A DNA stretch of 64,000 bases from Octopus bimaculoides (GCF_001194135.2 NC_068982.1:150291135-150355134), one strand, 5' to 3'; positions 39,622-53,123 are shown, counted from the first letter of the stretch. Translations and numbers: made by a program. The notes: a model not told the origin generated them from the letters alone.

Positions 39622-40030
39622 GTGGCTGTGTGGTAAGTATCTTGCTTACCAACCACATGGTTCCGGGTTCATTCCCACTGCGTGGCATCTTGGGCAAGTG
39701 TCTTCTACTATAGCCTCGGGCCGACCAAAGCCTTGTGAGTGGATTTGGTAGACGAAAACTGAAAGAAGCCCGTTGTATATATGTATATATATGTATGTGT
39801 GTGTATATGTTTGTGTATCTGTGTTTGCCCACTCAACATCGCTTGACAACCGATGCTGGTGTGTTTACGTCCCCGTAACTTAGCGGTTCGGCAAAAGGGC
39901 CCGATAGAATAAGTACTAGGCTTACAAAGAATAAGTCCTGGGGTTGATTTGCTCGACTAAAGGCGGTGCTCCAGCATGGCCGCAGTCAAATGACTGAAAC
40001 AAGTAAAAGAGTAAAAGAGTAAAAGAGTAT
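39622..40030 (+). mobile_element. Full-length SINE family A
   Basis: GTGGCTGTGTGGTAAG...GGTTCATTCCC...GAAACAAGTAAAAGAGTAAAAGAGTAAAAGAG. Confidence 0.92.
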
Positions 40031-40299
40031 ACATACATACATACATGTGTCCATTCTTAAATGCTTAAGCAGGGACATATTACAACGTAAAAAGAATCTA
40101 TCTACACCTCGAAAATAACACAGTTGGAACATTCTAATTAAACACCAGTTTGGTACTACAGATGTGGAAATTCAACATGAGAATATTTCATCAGCAATTG
40201 GAGGGAAAGCAATGATCTTTCGCACCGTAAACAGAATTATTTTAAACCCATTATTTAAACCCTTCATGTACAAGGATATGGACATTAATAATCATTTCT

Positions 40300-40810
40300 G
40301 CTATTGGCACAAGACCTGGAATTTGTGGGTGGGGAAGGTAAGTGAATTCGATTAGATCGACCCCAGTGCTCAGCTGGTACTTATTACATCGAACCCAAAA
40401 GGATCAAAGACAAAGTCGACTATGGTGGAACTTGAACTCAGAACACAAAGACGGACGAAATGCCGCTAAGCATTTTATCCGGCGCGCTACATTGTGCATT
40501 AATAATACAATATAATTATGTCTGTTAGTCCTAGCTATACAATTATATAATGACTCCAACACACAATACGGTTGTCAAAGTAATAAGTCAATATCCCATT
40601 ATAAGGAAGAACAAAATACTCTTCTCTACACAAGGCCCGAAATTTGGGGGGGGGGCAGTCGATTAGATCGACCTCAGTATGCAACTGGTACTTATCGACC
40701 CCGAAAGGATGAAAGGCAAAGTCAACCTCAGCGGAATTTTAACTCAGAACATAAAGGCAGACCAAATACTGTTGAGCATTTCGTCCGGTCGGCTAACGTC
40801 TCTGCCAGAA
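40300..40810 (-). mobile_element. Two SINE family B copies
   Basis: Family B body at about 40300-40500 and 40620-40810. Confidence 0.85.
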
Positions 40811-40909
40811 AATATTGGATGCTTACGTTGTGAAAATAAAATAATAGTAAACATACCACAACGATATCATTCGAATTTGAGTCTCTCCCTATCTCTCTCT
40901 GTCTCCCCT

Positions 40910-40949
<40 letters not shown>

Positions 40950-41496
40950 TCCCTCTCTCTCTATCTCTCTCCCTCGCTCTCTCTCTCTATCTCAATCTAT
41001 TTCTCTCTCGCTCTTTCTCTTATGTCGTAGCTACCCTCCCTCATCGATTAGCAAATATAGAAACCACATTACTCCGTAGATCATTCAAGGGCTTGTTTCA
41101 AATATTGCTTTAAGAGCATACTGAAAATCTTCCGACTTTTTGAGACAAAGATAAGTCACTTTTCTCCTTGCTCTTCCTCCAATAAAATCGTCAGATAGGG
41201 AGGCAGATTTATGGACATTTCTAACCCACACTCATTTTTCTTTATCAGTGTCGACCCATATTCAGAATTATCCATTACCACAAATGAAGTTGTTATTTTT
41301 TTCTGTATAGTGCAATATCTGCGTTTGCTTTGACCAATTTTTTTTTTTTTTTTTCACCTCAAGATAAAAGGATTGGATAATAAAATATTCTAAAGCGTGG
41401 CAATCCAAAGCAGTGATATTTTTTTTTCATTTAGTGCAAACACGATAATTTAACTCTTCCATACAGCTATGTCTGAACACACCCGCTGTCCTTCAG

Positions 41497-41521
41497 TAAC
41501 AACAACAACAACAACAACAAC

Positions 41522-41553
<32 letters not shown>

Positions 41554-41643
41554 TAATAATAATAATGTGATGATGAAGATGATGATGATGAGGAGGAGGA
41601 GGAGGATAACAACAACAGCAGCAGCAGCAGTAGCAGCAGCAAC

Positions 41644-41699
<56 letters not shown>
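41497..41699. repeat. Compound trinucleotide microsatellite (AAC/AAT/GAT/GAG/CAG/TAG)
   Basis: Direct inspection. Confidence 0.95.
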
Positions 41700-42011
41700 G
41701 TCTATAATGGGCTCACATGGTGATGCTGGGTGTTTTTAAGTATCTCATTATTAAATGATGCACGCGGCACGGAAGCCGTCAAAACAGATCTGGTCTGCAA
41801 AAGATTTTATCACTTGCCTATTCGATATTCTGAAATCGTTAATTATTGCTTAATATTGGTCAATATTTCCAGTGTATCACCTATATTCAGATCAAATAAA
41901 TATTCTTATATTTTGTTTTTATTCTTTTTATGCTTTCTTTTTCCATCTCAATTTACATACATGAATATTTTAAGTAGAGAGGAGGCAACACATACGCATG
42001 CGCGCGTGCAC

Positions 42012-42056
<45 letters not shown>

Positions 42057-42615
42057 TGTGTATGTCTGTGTATGTGTGTGTGTGTTTGTGAATTGCTTCA
42101 TAATGATATTGGAGCATGGCTAAAGTAATAAAACGCATATTATTTATTTAGTTGCCATTTATGTTCATTTTTGTGCAAAAACTTAGTAATATGGTGCGAA
42201 AAAGTGATAATAAACTATTGATGCAATAAAATCAATAGCTATATAGGGAATTTACTCTATATACACTAGTTTATCCACCTTTTCGAAATTGCACTTGAAT
42301 GTATAACATGAAAGTGTTTGATCATTATTTACTAAAAGATTCTTCGTTTTGAAACACAATCTTCATTCAAAGAGATTATTATTATCACACTAAAAATATG
42401 CAGACGTACGCACATGCACACGCACATGCACACGCACAAATAGATACACATACGTGCACATGCGCGCACACACACGTTTGCACACACATATGAATGCACT
42501 TACATACACACACACAAATACAGGGACAGAGGGGGCTCGTAAAGAACGGATATATCACACTTTCGTAGAATTAGTAAATGAAAAGGATGCACATTTCCCG
42601 TGGATAAAATACCAG

Positions 42616-42654
<39 letters not shown>

Positions 42655-43009
42655 TAGCGTAAAAGCCGCACTCCATGCGGACTTTTAAGCTAGCTACTGC
42701 GGCCCAAAACTAAAGAGACCTAAATAGTATGGTTATAATACATTTAAAATTACTATATGCTCTGGTGGTGTTTGATCAGAAGTTAAGAAATAATTCTGCA
42801 ATGCAATCATTTTATTGCTCCAGTCCCAAGCTGAATCTAACTGTTGGCCAATTTATCCAAAGTTCTTATCTCGACGTAAAATTAACGAAGCGAATGTCAT
42901 TTATTTCCCGCTTGATCTCTGACGTCATCTAACAAACACCAACCAGATGTCGTGAAGCAGCCAAGCTTTACCCGCTAGAAATAGCGACCCAAATGCTTTT
43001 AAATCAGAT

Positions 43010-44282
43010 CCCAATGCTGGTAATATGCCATACGGTTTCACCGTTTTGTTCACAGATTCTGTACTTATCACTTTCTGCTGTGTTGTTTATTCTGTATTTT
43101 ATGTAGTTTGTTGTTAGTGCTTGCTCTTGGGCAGCACAGATTAGAGCCTCCGTTTCCGGATTTGAATTACTTTTTGTCATCTACAGCCATCTTTTTTCTC
43201 TGTCTGTCTTATCTTCAACATCCCTATGAAATTGACCATGCATTCTTTTCTTTTCCCACCTATTTTCAGTTTCATTCGTTTTCAATTTCTTGTATAGTGC
43301 TTTATCTTTGCAATCTTTCATCCTACACAAGCCTGACCTTCTTACTTCTAATAATAGCTGTTCTGTGACATTTTTTACATACCATGCTATGTTGTTTTCT
43401 TCTGCTCTAATGCTGTGTTTGCATCCAATAAGTCCTCTTCCCCCTCTTTTTCTTGGTACATACAGTCTGTCTGTGTCACTTTTTGGGTAGATTGGCCCAT
43501 ATCTAGCTAGCAACTTCCTTGTCTTTCTGTCTAAGCTGTTCAGTTCGTCTACTGTCCATGCGATTACCCCTGCTCCATATCTAAGGTGTGAAACCGCCCA
43601 GGTGTTGATAGCTTCGATCTTATTTCGTCCATTTAATTTCGACTTAAGGATCAGTATCGGTCTGCGCAAGTACTCCACCTTAAATTTTTCCGTCATTTCT
43701 TTCTCCATCAATTTATCCATTTCCAAAATCCCCAAGTACTTATAGCCCGTCTCTTCTATCTGCTTCATAACCTCCCTTGACGGTATCGTTAGCTCGTCCA
43801 TACATTTGATTTTGCCTCTCTTCAAGACTAACACACCACACTTTCTCAGTCCGAACTCCATTCTGATATCAGCACTGAAAGTATACACCGTATCAACAAG
43901 GGAACTAACTTGGGCTTCATCTTTACCATAAAGTTTGAGGTCATCCATGAATAACAAATGGTTGGCTTTTTGTTGGCGGCTTTTGAATATATATACCCAG
44001 CTTTTGCTTTCCTCAGAATCAGTGTTAGTGGTATCAAGCACAGTACAAAGATCAGTGGGGACAGACAGTCCCCTTGGAAGATGCCCCTCCTAATTTCTAT
44101 TGTCCCTAAACTTCTTTCGTATGCTGTCAGGTCTATCGCCATACTTCTTCCAAGCAATCGCTCAACATTCGATGCAATACCAAATAGGTTCATACACTCC
44201 ATAATCCAAGAATGTGGGATCATATCGTACGCCTTACGATAGTCGATCCATGACATGGCTAAGTTACTTTTCCTCTTCTTGC
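43010..44282 (-). mobile_element. R4/Dong RT fragment (RT core through the CCHC region)
   Basis: WIDYRKAYDMIPH, GIFQGDCLSPLIF, HLLFMDDLKLY, YKYLG, RLYVPRKRGGRGL, MHGQF, ETEALICAAQEQAL; (TAA)n on the element's 5' side (44283-44346). Confidence 0.95.
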
Positions 44283-44347
44283 AATTATTATTATTATTAT
44301 CATTATTATTACTATCATTATTATTATTATCATTATTATTATTATTA

Positions 44348-44612
44348 AAGTAGTTGTATGCTGTCAACTTAATGTGATAGTCTCATGAAGGGAATAATAC
44401 TACTGCTATTTAGCCCTAGGAAGCAGCACCGCTTCCTGTCAGCCTTGACACCTTTCCTCCACCCAGCTAAGCTTATCTCCCCCTTGTAAACATAAGGACA
44501 CAGGAAGTGTGTCACAGCTGACAGGAAGCGGTGCTGCTTCCTAGGGCTAAATAGCAATAGTATTATTCCCTTCATGGGACTGTCACATTAAGTTGACAGC
44601 ATACAACTACTT
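44348..44612. mobile_element. MITE-like fold-back element with 96-bp TIRs and TA TSD
   Basis: Arms 44348-44443 and 44517-44612 are reverse complements with 3 mismatches; TA at 44346-44347 and 44613-44614. Confidence 0.85.
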
Positions 44613-44666
44613 TATCGTATCACTACTGCATAAATCTCTCTTAGAGATTTAGAAATGTATTATTTC

Positions 44667-44716
<50 letters not shown>

Positions 44717-44828
44717 NNNNNNNNNNNNNNNNNNNNNNNNNNNNNNNNNNNNNNNNNNNNNNNNNNNNNNNNNNNNNNNNNNNNNNNNNNNNNNNNNNNN
44801 NNNNNNNNNNNNNNNNNNNNNNNNNNNN

Positions 44829-44990
44829 AATCCGTCGGTTACGATGAAGAGGATCTCAGCTGATTAAATCAATTGAACAGCCAGCTCGTGAAATTAATGT
44901 GCAAGTGGCTGCCTTTAACGTAGTTCTCGGGAAGATTCAGCATGACACAGAATGTTACAAGGATGAGCCTTTGAAAAACAGGTTAAACCT
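44829..44990 (-). mobile_element. SINE family C 3' fragment
   Basis: CTCGTGAAATTAATGTGCAAGTGGCTG..TTTAACGTAGTTCTCGGG matches 2835-2905. Confidence 0.8.
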
Positions 44991-45239
44991 ACATTTGCCA
45001 GCTGTGGTTATAACACTATACTAAATTGAGATTTGCGTTTCAATGCTCGTGCTCAAAACATTGAGCTACCACGCTTCAAGGATGAATATTCAATCAATAT
45101 GTAATTCCCTATTATCTGGATGGCAGGGTTATCGATTTTTACTAGTTAACAGAATTAGTAATATCAAATAAGTTTCAGTACTGTGAGTAAAGTTGAATTG
45201 ACATTTCGGGTTGATCATCATTATTTTCTTGAATTCTGT

Positions 45240-45460
45240 TCCCCACTCGTTTAAATTTTGGCACGAGGCCAGCAATTTTAAGGGAGAGGTAAGTCGATTA
45301 CATTGACCTCAGTTTTCAACTGGTACCTATTTTATCGACCCCGAAAGGATGAAAGATAATGTCGACCTCGGCGGGATTTGAGCTCAGAACTAGAAGACGG
45401 ACGAAATGATGCAAAGCATTTTTTCCCGGCGTGCTAACGATTCTGCCGGTTCGCCAGCTT
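45240..45460 (-). mobile_element. SINE family B (a further fragment with a 35-bp duplication lies at about 45930-46090)
   Basis: Family B body and head. Confidence 0.85.
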
Positions 45461-46363
45461 CCCCACTTCTTTAATACTGATTGACAGTTAACATAACTGT
45501 TTACGAAGGATATAGATGCAGTCCTTATCCTCTAGAATAAACTAATAAAAAATGTATTCTTAACAAACCGTATTAAATCAACTCTTATCCTGTGCATAAT
45601 ACATTTTCTAGTTGAACGTATTCCTTATTTATGTTATCTCTAGAATTTTCTAATATCAACTCTGGCAGGCTGCTTCGATTAGGTTTTGCCATACATGTAC
45701 TGAACTGCACATCGGTTAGGCTTGGGATGACTCCAGCGGTATATCAGATTTTCTTTTCTTTTTTTTTTTTTTCTATAAGACGTTACAGGCCCCTATTTCA
45801 ACCCTGCTTTATTTTATTTCTGGAGAAAGGGACACTGTATGTACAACCTTACGACTCTCATTACAGAGCAACTTATCCGATTCCTATCCCGCGCGCATGC
45901 GAAGGGGAGAGAGAGGGGAAAAGAGAGATAGGTTTTAATTGACAGTTTATTTATCGACCCTGAAAGGTTTTAATTGACAGTTTATTTATCGACCCTGCAA
46001 ACAAAGATGACCTAAGTGGGATTAGAACTCAGATAACTGGAACAAATAGCACCTTCTCCACAACACACTAACAAATCTGCCAATTCACCGCCTTCCTAAT
46101 AAACCCACAAAACATTACTACATTTCAATACATGTAAGGATCTTTCATTACAGAAATGTTAACGTGAACTTAAATTTATTCCTTTGCAATTTCCCCAGAG
46201 AAATTTTCCAAATGCGCAATTCCATATGTACCGAGATTTCTAATATTAATCCATCAATGAAAGTACGGTCTTCATTTGTGAGTTAATAGAATACTTGGAA
46301 ATATTTCTACACGCACGCGCACACTCATACGTGCACACACACATAAATATACAAACGCATACA

Positions 46364-46397
<34 letters not shown>

Positions 46398-48165
46398 AAC
46401 CGTTATAACTATCTTATGTATGTATGCGTGCATGTATGTATATATGTATGTATGCGTGTGTATGTATGTATGTATGTATGTATGTATGTGTGCGTGTATG
46501 TATGTGTATATGTATGTATGTACTGTTTGTTGTCGTATATCGTTCTTTTAGGGTAGAGTAAGACGGATTCGGTATTCGTAACTGACGACGCACAAAAACG
46601 CAGAAGCGCATGCCCCCTCCGATCCGATGTGATCGCTCATCACGCTAGAAGTAGCAGCCAAGGTTCTCTCAAATTATTTCCCAATCTCTAAAACAAATAG
46701 AAAGATGCATTTGGTAATATAGTCTGGAATACACTCTAATTGGGAAAAAAAAAAAGAAAGAAAATAGCAATATTAAGGCTTGGACGCTCTTGATCTTAGT
46801 CTGCTGATTAGGGCTAACCTTGGGCCAAGCAACATTATCAGCAATAAATGTAGTCGCGTAGATTAACGAGTATTTCATCAGCTTGTAGTACTGACTTTAA
46901 GTCCACTTGCAGACAGAAGATAACAGGAAATTATTCCAGAACATTCTTCCCAAAATTGGCAAGATCAAGGATTTTAATCTCGCGATACCTGCTGTTATAT
47001 AAAATAAAAACCAACAATAACAATGAGTATGTTACATTTTATGTTATGATTACCTGATTTGTATTATGTAGAGTTGTTTTCTTTCAGTTATGTTCCAGTT
47101 TCAAGTCACTGCTGTACCCATTTGACTGCATTTGCATCACTGATACTTGAGTGAAAGACATAGACATTATATAAATTCCCCTTTTCCTGAAGGAAAGTTC
47201 AGATATTGTGCCAAAGTAAGAAAAATAATTACAAAAAAATGGTCTTCAACTAATTAAATAATGGTCATCATTATTTTTAAAACTAGACAAATTATTTGTA
47301 ATGTAATATAAGTTCACAAAGATCGATATAAATTTGGCTTTCAAACTTCATCCCTTTATCGAAATGCAAACCACACTTCTATAATAAAAACATAGTTTCA
47401 ATAAATGCTAGTTTAGGCGGCTTTTGGCACACACATAATTTCATTCTTCTAATTAAATTTCTTTTTAAATTAGTGATCCACACAGAATAGAATTTCTTGT
47501 GTAACAACCAAATGCAACATACTGAGGCGGAGAGAAGGGGTAAGAGGAAGTGAGAGAAAGAGTTGGTTGAATAAACACGAGAGAGAGAGCGATACTGAGA
47601 GAGTATGTTTGTGAGAGAGAAGGAGAGAGAGGGAGAACGAGACAGTGAGTTTGAGAGTGAGACAGACAGAGACAAAGAGTGAGAATGAGAGAGTGTAAGA
47701 GAGAGAATAAAGAAAAAGAGAAAGAAAGAAATTAAACGCAAAATAATTTGGTCATCATCAGAAGCAGACATTGGAAATGAAACAAAGCATATATAATTTG
47801 AAACGTAGTTAATTATCTTCATTGATTAATTAATATATGTATTTTATTCGGTGTTGTTATCGTTGTTTTTGTTGCTCTTGTTATTCTTAATGTTTCCTCT
47901 ATTGTTGTAATTGTTGCTGTTGTTGTAGAAGTTATCTTGTTTTAAATTGATTTTGAATTGTTATTGTTTTCTGATCCGATACGTTTAGTCGTTGTTATGA
48001 TATTACTGTTATTTTTATTGTTACAGTTGTTATTGTTGATGTTAACTTTAATGTTGCTATTATTTGAACTGATCATGCAGTTATTGCAGTTATCATTTTC
48101 TTGTTATTAACGATTTCTAACAACAACAACAACAACAACAACGACGACGACGACGACGACGACGA

Positions 48166-48199
<34 letters not shown>

Positions 48200-48202
48200 G
48201 GT

Positions 48203-50325
48203 TTCTTTTATTTACCCCCAGGACGAAGGATGAGGGGGACAATACAAAGACAGACATAAAGTGTAGGGGTTCACATATAATGGAATGTATAAAAGAAATG
48301 AAGTATACATAGTATACAGCAATAAGGAAAAGAAATTGACGGGGGAGGATTCTCCTGATACAGGAGGACCTCTAGGGACGATCGAGGAACCCCACCATCC
48401 AAGATCACCCTGAATACCACGGACAAACACTTTTTCCAACTCCTTTTCCTCCGACTCACAGGTTTACACTGAGAGTGGTACCGTCCACTCTTTCCATTTT
48501 CGCAACTTTCACCCACCTTTTCATAAATTCACTCGAGGACAGCACCTCCATCTCCACCCTCAATTTTCTTTTTAAGTGAAATTTGAAAAAGTCGATGAGG
48601 GCTTTACTAAAGAGGAATGTCTCTGTCCTCATTCCTTTCATCCTCGTCCACCAGACAACCTCTTTCGCCACAGTAACCAGGCAAAGGAAAGCTGCCTTGC
48701 CTGCTCGATTAAAGGAGGACGGTGGGGAAATCATCACTATGGACTCGGACGATAGATGGATACGTCCCACACACGACAGCAGCTGTTCGACATAACTCCA
48801 AAAGTCAGCAATTGCCGGACACTGAACGAGTGCATATACAGTACGGTTTCGTCGCTCTACGCAGACCTCGGACAAGCCCGTCTGACAGCACATCCGTGCC
48901 TGTAGAGTTTATCTCGAACCGGTAGTGCCCCTCGGTATCACTGCCAAGCCAAAGACATCTGGAAATTATCCATAATAGTCCCCGACCGAAAAGTGCCCCG
49001 GAACAGACTAGTCAGTTCATCTTCGTCAACTCCCAGAGTCTCCCCTAGGATGTCGTCGCATTTTCCCGCCACTAATCCTCTATAAATAGCTAAAGTTGAA
49101 CATCCTTGCCAGATTGGTAGAAAAAAGTGAGCGCCTGACAACATTTTAAGTGCCAGGCGCCCAGTCTTGGTTTATCCTTCACCCAGGACTACAGCTCCGC
49201 CAAGGAGACGAGTTGTGGAAATACGTGCCTCACAAAACGGAGTCCACACGTTCACCTTCTAGAAATCGTTGCAGGTGGTGCAACTTGTCCGCATCAAAAG
49301 CCACGGCATGCCTAAGCCACCACTCAGAGGGAGCTGACAACAGATTGACCGCATGACCATTGGAATGCGTCCCTTCCACAAGAACATGAACAAGAGACGC
49401 TCCAACTTGATCAAGCAATAACTGGGGCAAGGCACGATGGTCAGACGCTAAATGATAACGGAGGCGATGTAGGCATTCGCCACCTCTGGCCGACCTTTCA
49501 AGGACAGCTTCTTCTCAGCCCATTCCTGGGTAAGACTGGCCACCTTGTTCGTCAACTCGTCCTATTTCTTATCCACCTGGAGGTTGAGACCAAACCAGAT
49601 CCCGAGCAGTATAATTCGTCCGTCAGTCCAGCGTCCGACGACGCCGTCTAACAGCATCGATCTGCCTCTCCAGGTGCCCAGTCGCAAGCCCACCGACTTC
49701 TCGACATTGATTTTATCCCCTGCAACCGACTCATATTCTCCTAGAATGGAGCTGACCGCCTCAACTTCGGAGGTATCCGACACCATGATGGTGACGTCGT
49801 CCACGTGTGTAAACACTGTTCTTCCGAGTCTCAGTCGAAAGGGATGCCCCGCAATTGTTTCGCAATTGTGGCTCGAGAGCCAGCACGTACAGAAGAGGTG
49901 ACAGCGGGCAGCCCTGACGGACCGAGCATGCGATGCTAAGCGGTTCTGATTGATAGTTGTTTACTTTGACCACTGAACATGTGCCGCTGTACTTTGCAGC
50001 GATCTAGCCTCTGAAAACGGATTGGAAACCGACCACTTTAAGGACAGCTTCCAGGTAGCGACGGTCGACCCTATCGAATGCTTTTGATAGATCCAAATTG
50101 ATCAGGACCCCACCGAATCCAACTTTAATCCCAGCCCTCTCTATGATGTATCGCATAAGGTGGAGATTGTCGTGGATAGACCTGTTCGAGATTGCGCACG
50201 TTTCTGCTTCCCCTACTAGACTACCAACGACAATCACCAACCTTTTCGCTAACACTTTGGCCAAAATCTTAAACTCTGTATTTAACAGATTTATGAGCCG
50301 AAAATTGTCATTCTTTCTGCTGTTT
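48203..50325 (-). mobile_element. 5'-truncated Tx1/L1-clade LINE ORF2 (RT plus C-terminal zinc-binding region) with 3' UTR
   Basis: NFRLINLLNTEFKILAKVLAKRL, LDLSKAFDRV, VRQGCPLSPLLYVL, HVDDVTI, ALVQCP; 3' end TAAATAAAAGAA; flanked on both sides by (GGT)n. Confidence 0.93.
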
Positions 50326-51263
50326 GTGGTGGTGGTGGTGGTGGTGCTGCTGCTGGTGGTGGTGGTACTGGTGGTGCTGGTGGTGGTGGTGNNNNNNNNN
50401 NNNNNNNNNNNNNNNNGTGCTGCTGGTGGTGGTGGTGGTGCTGCTGCTGCTGGTGCTGGTGGTGGTGCTGGTGGTGGTGCTGGTGGTGCTGGTGGTGCTG
50501 GTGGTGGTGCTGCTGCTGCTGCTGCTGGTGCTGCTGCTATAGTCGTCGTCGCCATTATAGTTGCTACTGGTACTTTTGCACTTATTACTGTCGTCGTAGC
50601 AAGAGGAAATTATATTTCTCTATAGCGAGAAGTTTGTTTTCGGAGTTACAACAGAACGCTGCTCTTGGTCTATTGTTATTATTTTTTTCGTAATCCAACA
50701 TCTTTTAAAATTGGAAGAATGAATAAAATTCTGTCTTCACAAAAATGCAAAAATGCAAAACAATTATCACACCCCTAAAAAGGAGGGGCAATCACTAACT
50801 GTTACCACCACGATCCAGGCAATGCAAGCAAAATACTTGTTAAATAAAACTGTGAATGCTTGGTTAAACACTTACAAGTTACGGAGTTCCATCTTGTATA
50901 AATTCACAGGCTGACGGCCATAATAATAATAATATAATAATAATTTCTAACAAGTTCATTGTTAGAAAGGTTATTGTTAACGTAATGTCACTAGTGAGAA
51001 ATCATTGAAATAATTAGAGATCGCTATAAAAAAACATTGGCGGTGATGACAACAGATTTACTACAGAGTGCAATGATTTACCGTTGTTAACGATATCTCT
51101 TCGAATTCTGCGTTCTAATTCTGCAGTTGTACTTTCCTCTTGTCATTCTGGGTCGATATAAAAAAGTAAGAGTAATATACTGAAGTGATTTTAATTGGCT
51201 GTACTCTTCCCTTGAAATATGCGGACTTGTCTTTGTTAGAAACTGTTGTTGTTGTTGTTGTTT

Positions 51264-51685
51264 TTAAGATGGTGACCTGGCAGAATCGTTAACACGCTGG
51301 ACAAAATTCTTTGTGGCATTTCGTCCGGCTTTACGCTCTAAGCTCAAATTCCGCCCAGATCGACTTTGTCCTTCATCCTTTCGGAGCCGATAAAATAAGT
51401 ACCAGTCAAGTACTGGGGGTCGATGTAAATTGCTAGCCCTCTCCCACAAAATTCCAGGCATTGTGCTTTTAGTAGAAAGGATTATTATTATTATTATTAT
51501 TAAAAGAGACGAGCTGACAGAATCGTTAGTATATCAGACGAAATGTTTTCGTGGCATTTCGTCCGTCTTTACGTTCTGAGTTCAAATTTCACTGCAGTCG
51601 ACTTTGCCTTTCATACCTTCGAAGTCGGTAAGTACCAGTCAAGTACTGGGTCGATGCAATCGACTTCCGCCCTCTCTTCAAAAAC
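51264..51685 (+). mobile_element. Two tandem SINE family B copies joined by (TTA)n
   Basis: Heads at about 51267 and 51505; tail GTAGAAAGG-ATTATTATT. Confidence 0.85.
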
Positions 51686-52577
51686 TGTTGGCTGGTCCTG
51701 TGCCAATGAGGTGATATATAGAAACCTGGTGATGGATAAGGGCAATGACGTTCTCGGAGAAACTCTAGGCGTCGACGAAGATAAACTAGGCGGTCTGTTT
51801 CGAGGGACTTTGTGGCCTGGTACTACCATGAATAACTTCCAGAAATCCCTGGCCTGGCAGTGCTATCGAGGAGCACTACCGGTTCGAGATAAACTGTACA
51901 GGCATAGAAGCACTATCAGGCGAGACTGTCCAAGATGTGCGCAGAGCGACGAAATTGTTCTCATACACTTGAGCAATGTCCGAGTATTGCTGACTTGTGG
52001 AATTATGTCGATCAGCTGTTATTGCGATCAGCTGTTATCAGCCGAATCCATCGTTAGGATCACTCCAAGGCAGGGTAGGTGGTGTTCCTCTGTCTAGTGG
52101 CTATGGTAATAGAGGTTGTGTAGTGGACGAGGCTGAAGGAATTAAGGAAAGGCACTTTCCTCTTCGGTTAAGTTCTCTTCGACGTTTTTAAGTTCCACTT
52201 AGAAAGAAAAGAGGAGGTGGAGGGGGAAGCGCTACTTCTCAGGGAATTAGTGAAAAGATGGATGACCGTAGTAAAAATGGTTTGAGTGACTGGCCCTACT
52301 CTAAGTGTGCACCTGTAGATTAGAGAGCATGAGAGAGGACTCATGGTAGTCAAGGTAATCCTGGATCTGTGGGGTTCCTTGATTGGTCCTGGTTTGACTT
52401 TCTCGTGTATCAGGACGACTGCATCATTCATGCCATCATATACTAAGTATACTTTTATCGCATTTCACCGTCTTTTCCATTTCTTTTACCTCATCCTTTA
52501 TGTAAATCCCGACACAAATTATTGTCTGTCCTTGTGATGTCCCCCGTCATCTATACCCCTGTGGCTAATAAAAGAAA
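51686..52577 (+). mobile_element. Tx1/L1-clade LINE 3' fragment (related to 48203-49120)
   Basis: DVLGETLGVDEDKLGGLFRG..FQKSLAWQCYRGALPVRDKL..CPRC; 3' end CTAATAAAAGAAAA followed by (TTA)n. Confidence 0.9.
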
Positions 52578-52585
52578 ATATTATG

Positions 52586-52633
<48 letters not shown>

Positions 52634-52635
<2 letters not shown>

Positions 52636-52845
52636 GGTGGGTTGGCAGAATCGTTAGCATGGCGGGCAAAATGCTTAGCAGCATTTCGTCCGTCTTTACT
52701 CTCTGGGTTTAAATTCCGCGCAGTCGACTTTGCCTTTTATCCTTTCAGGGTTCATAAAACAAGTACCAGTTGATCACTGGGGTCGATATAAACGACTCAC
52801 TCCTTTCCCCGAAATTGCTGACCTTGTGTCAAAATCTGAAACCAT
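52634..52845 (+). mobile_element. SINE family B between (TTA)n tracts
   Basis: Head TTGGCAGAATCGTTAGC; (TTA)n at 52580-52633 and about 52843-52857. Confidence 0.85.
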
Positions 52846-52859
52846 TATTATTATTATTT

Positions 52860-53088
52860 GGTTTGACTCAGGTTCGGTCTTATTCTTGATAAGATTTATG
52901 TGGGTAGCGGGTTACTACTTGTAACCTTAGGTATCCACAAGTTTTCAATAGTCTTTCGAGTTCTTAGAACCCTCCTAATAACCCTTTCTGTCCAGAAGAG
53001 ACAAACTTTCTGTGGAAGCTCTACAGGGCATTCTATTCCAACCTCTTTCAGCCATTTGTCTATATCTTTACTTACTGTTCCCAACGCA
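52860..53088 (-). mobile_element. R4/Dong 3'-end fragment
   Basis: SALGTVSKDIDKWLKEVGIECPVELPQKVCL...RVIRRVL. Confidence 0.85.
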
Positions 53089-53123
53089 CTATTATTATTA
53101 TTATCATTATTCAATAGTAACAC

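Noticed and set aside
50004-50625. Ala/Pro/Gly-rich ORF apparently fused to an RT
   Set aside because: The low-complexity part is the (GGT/GCT)n flank across a gap, abutting a 5'-truncated LINE.
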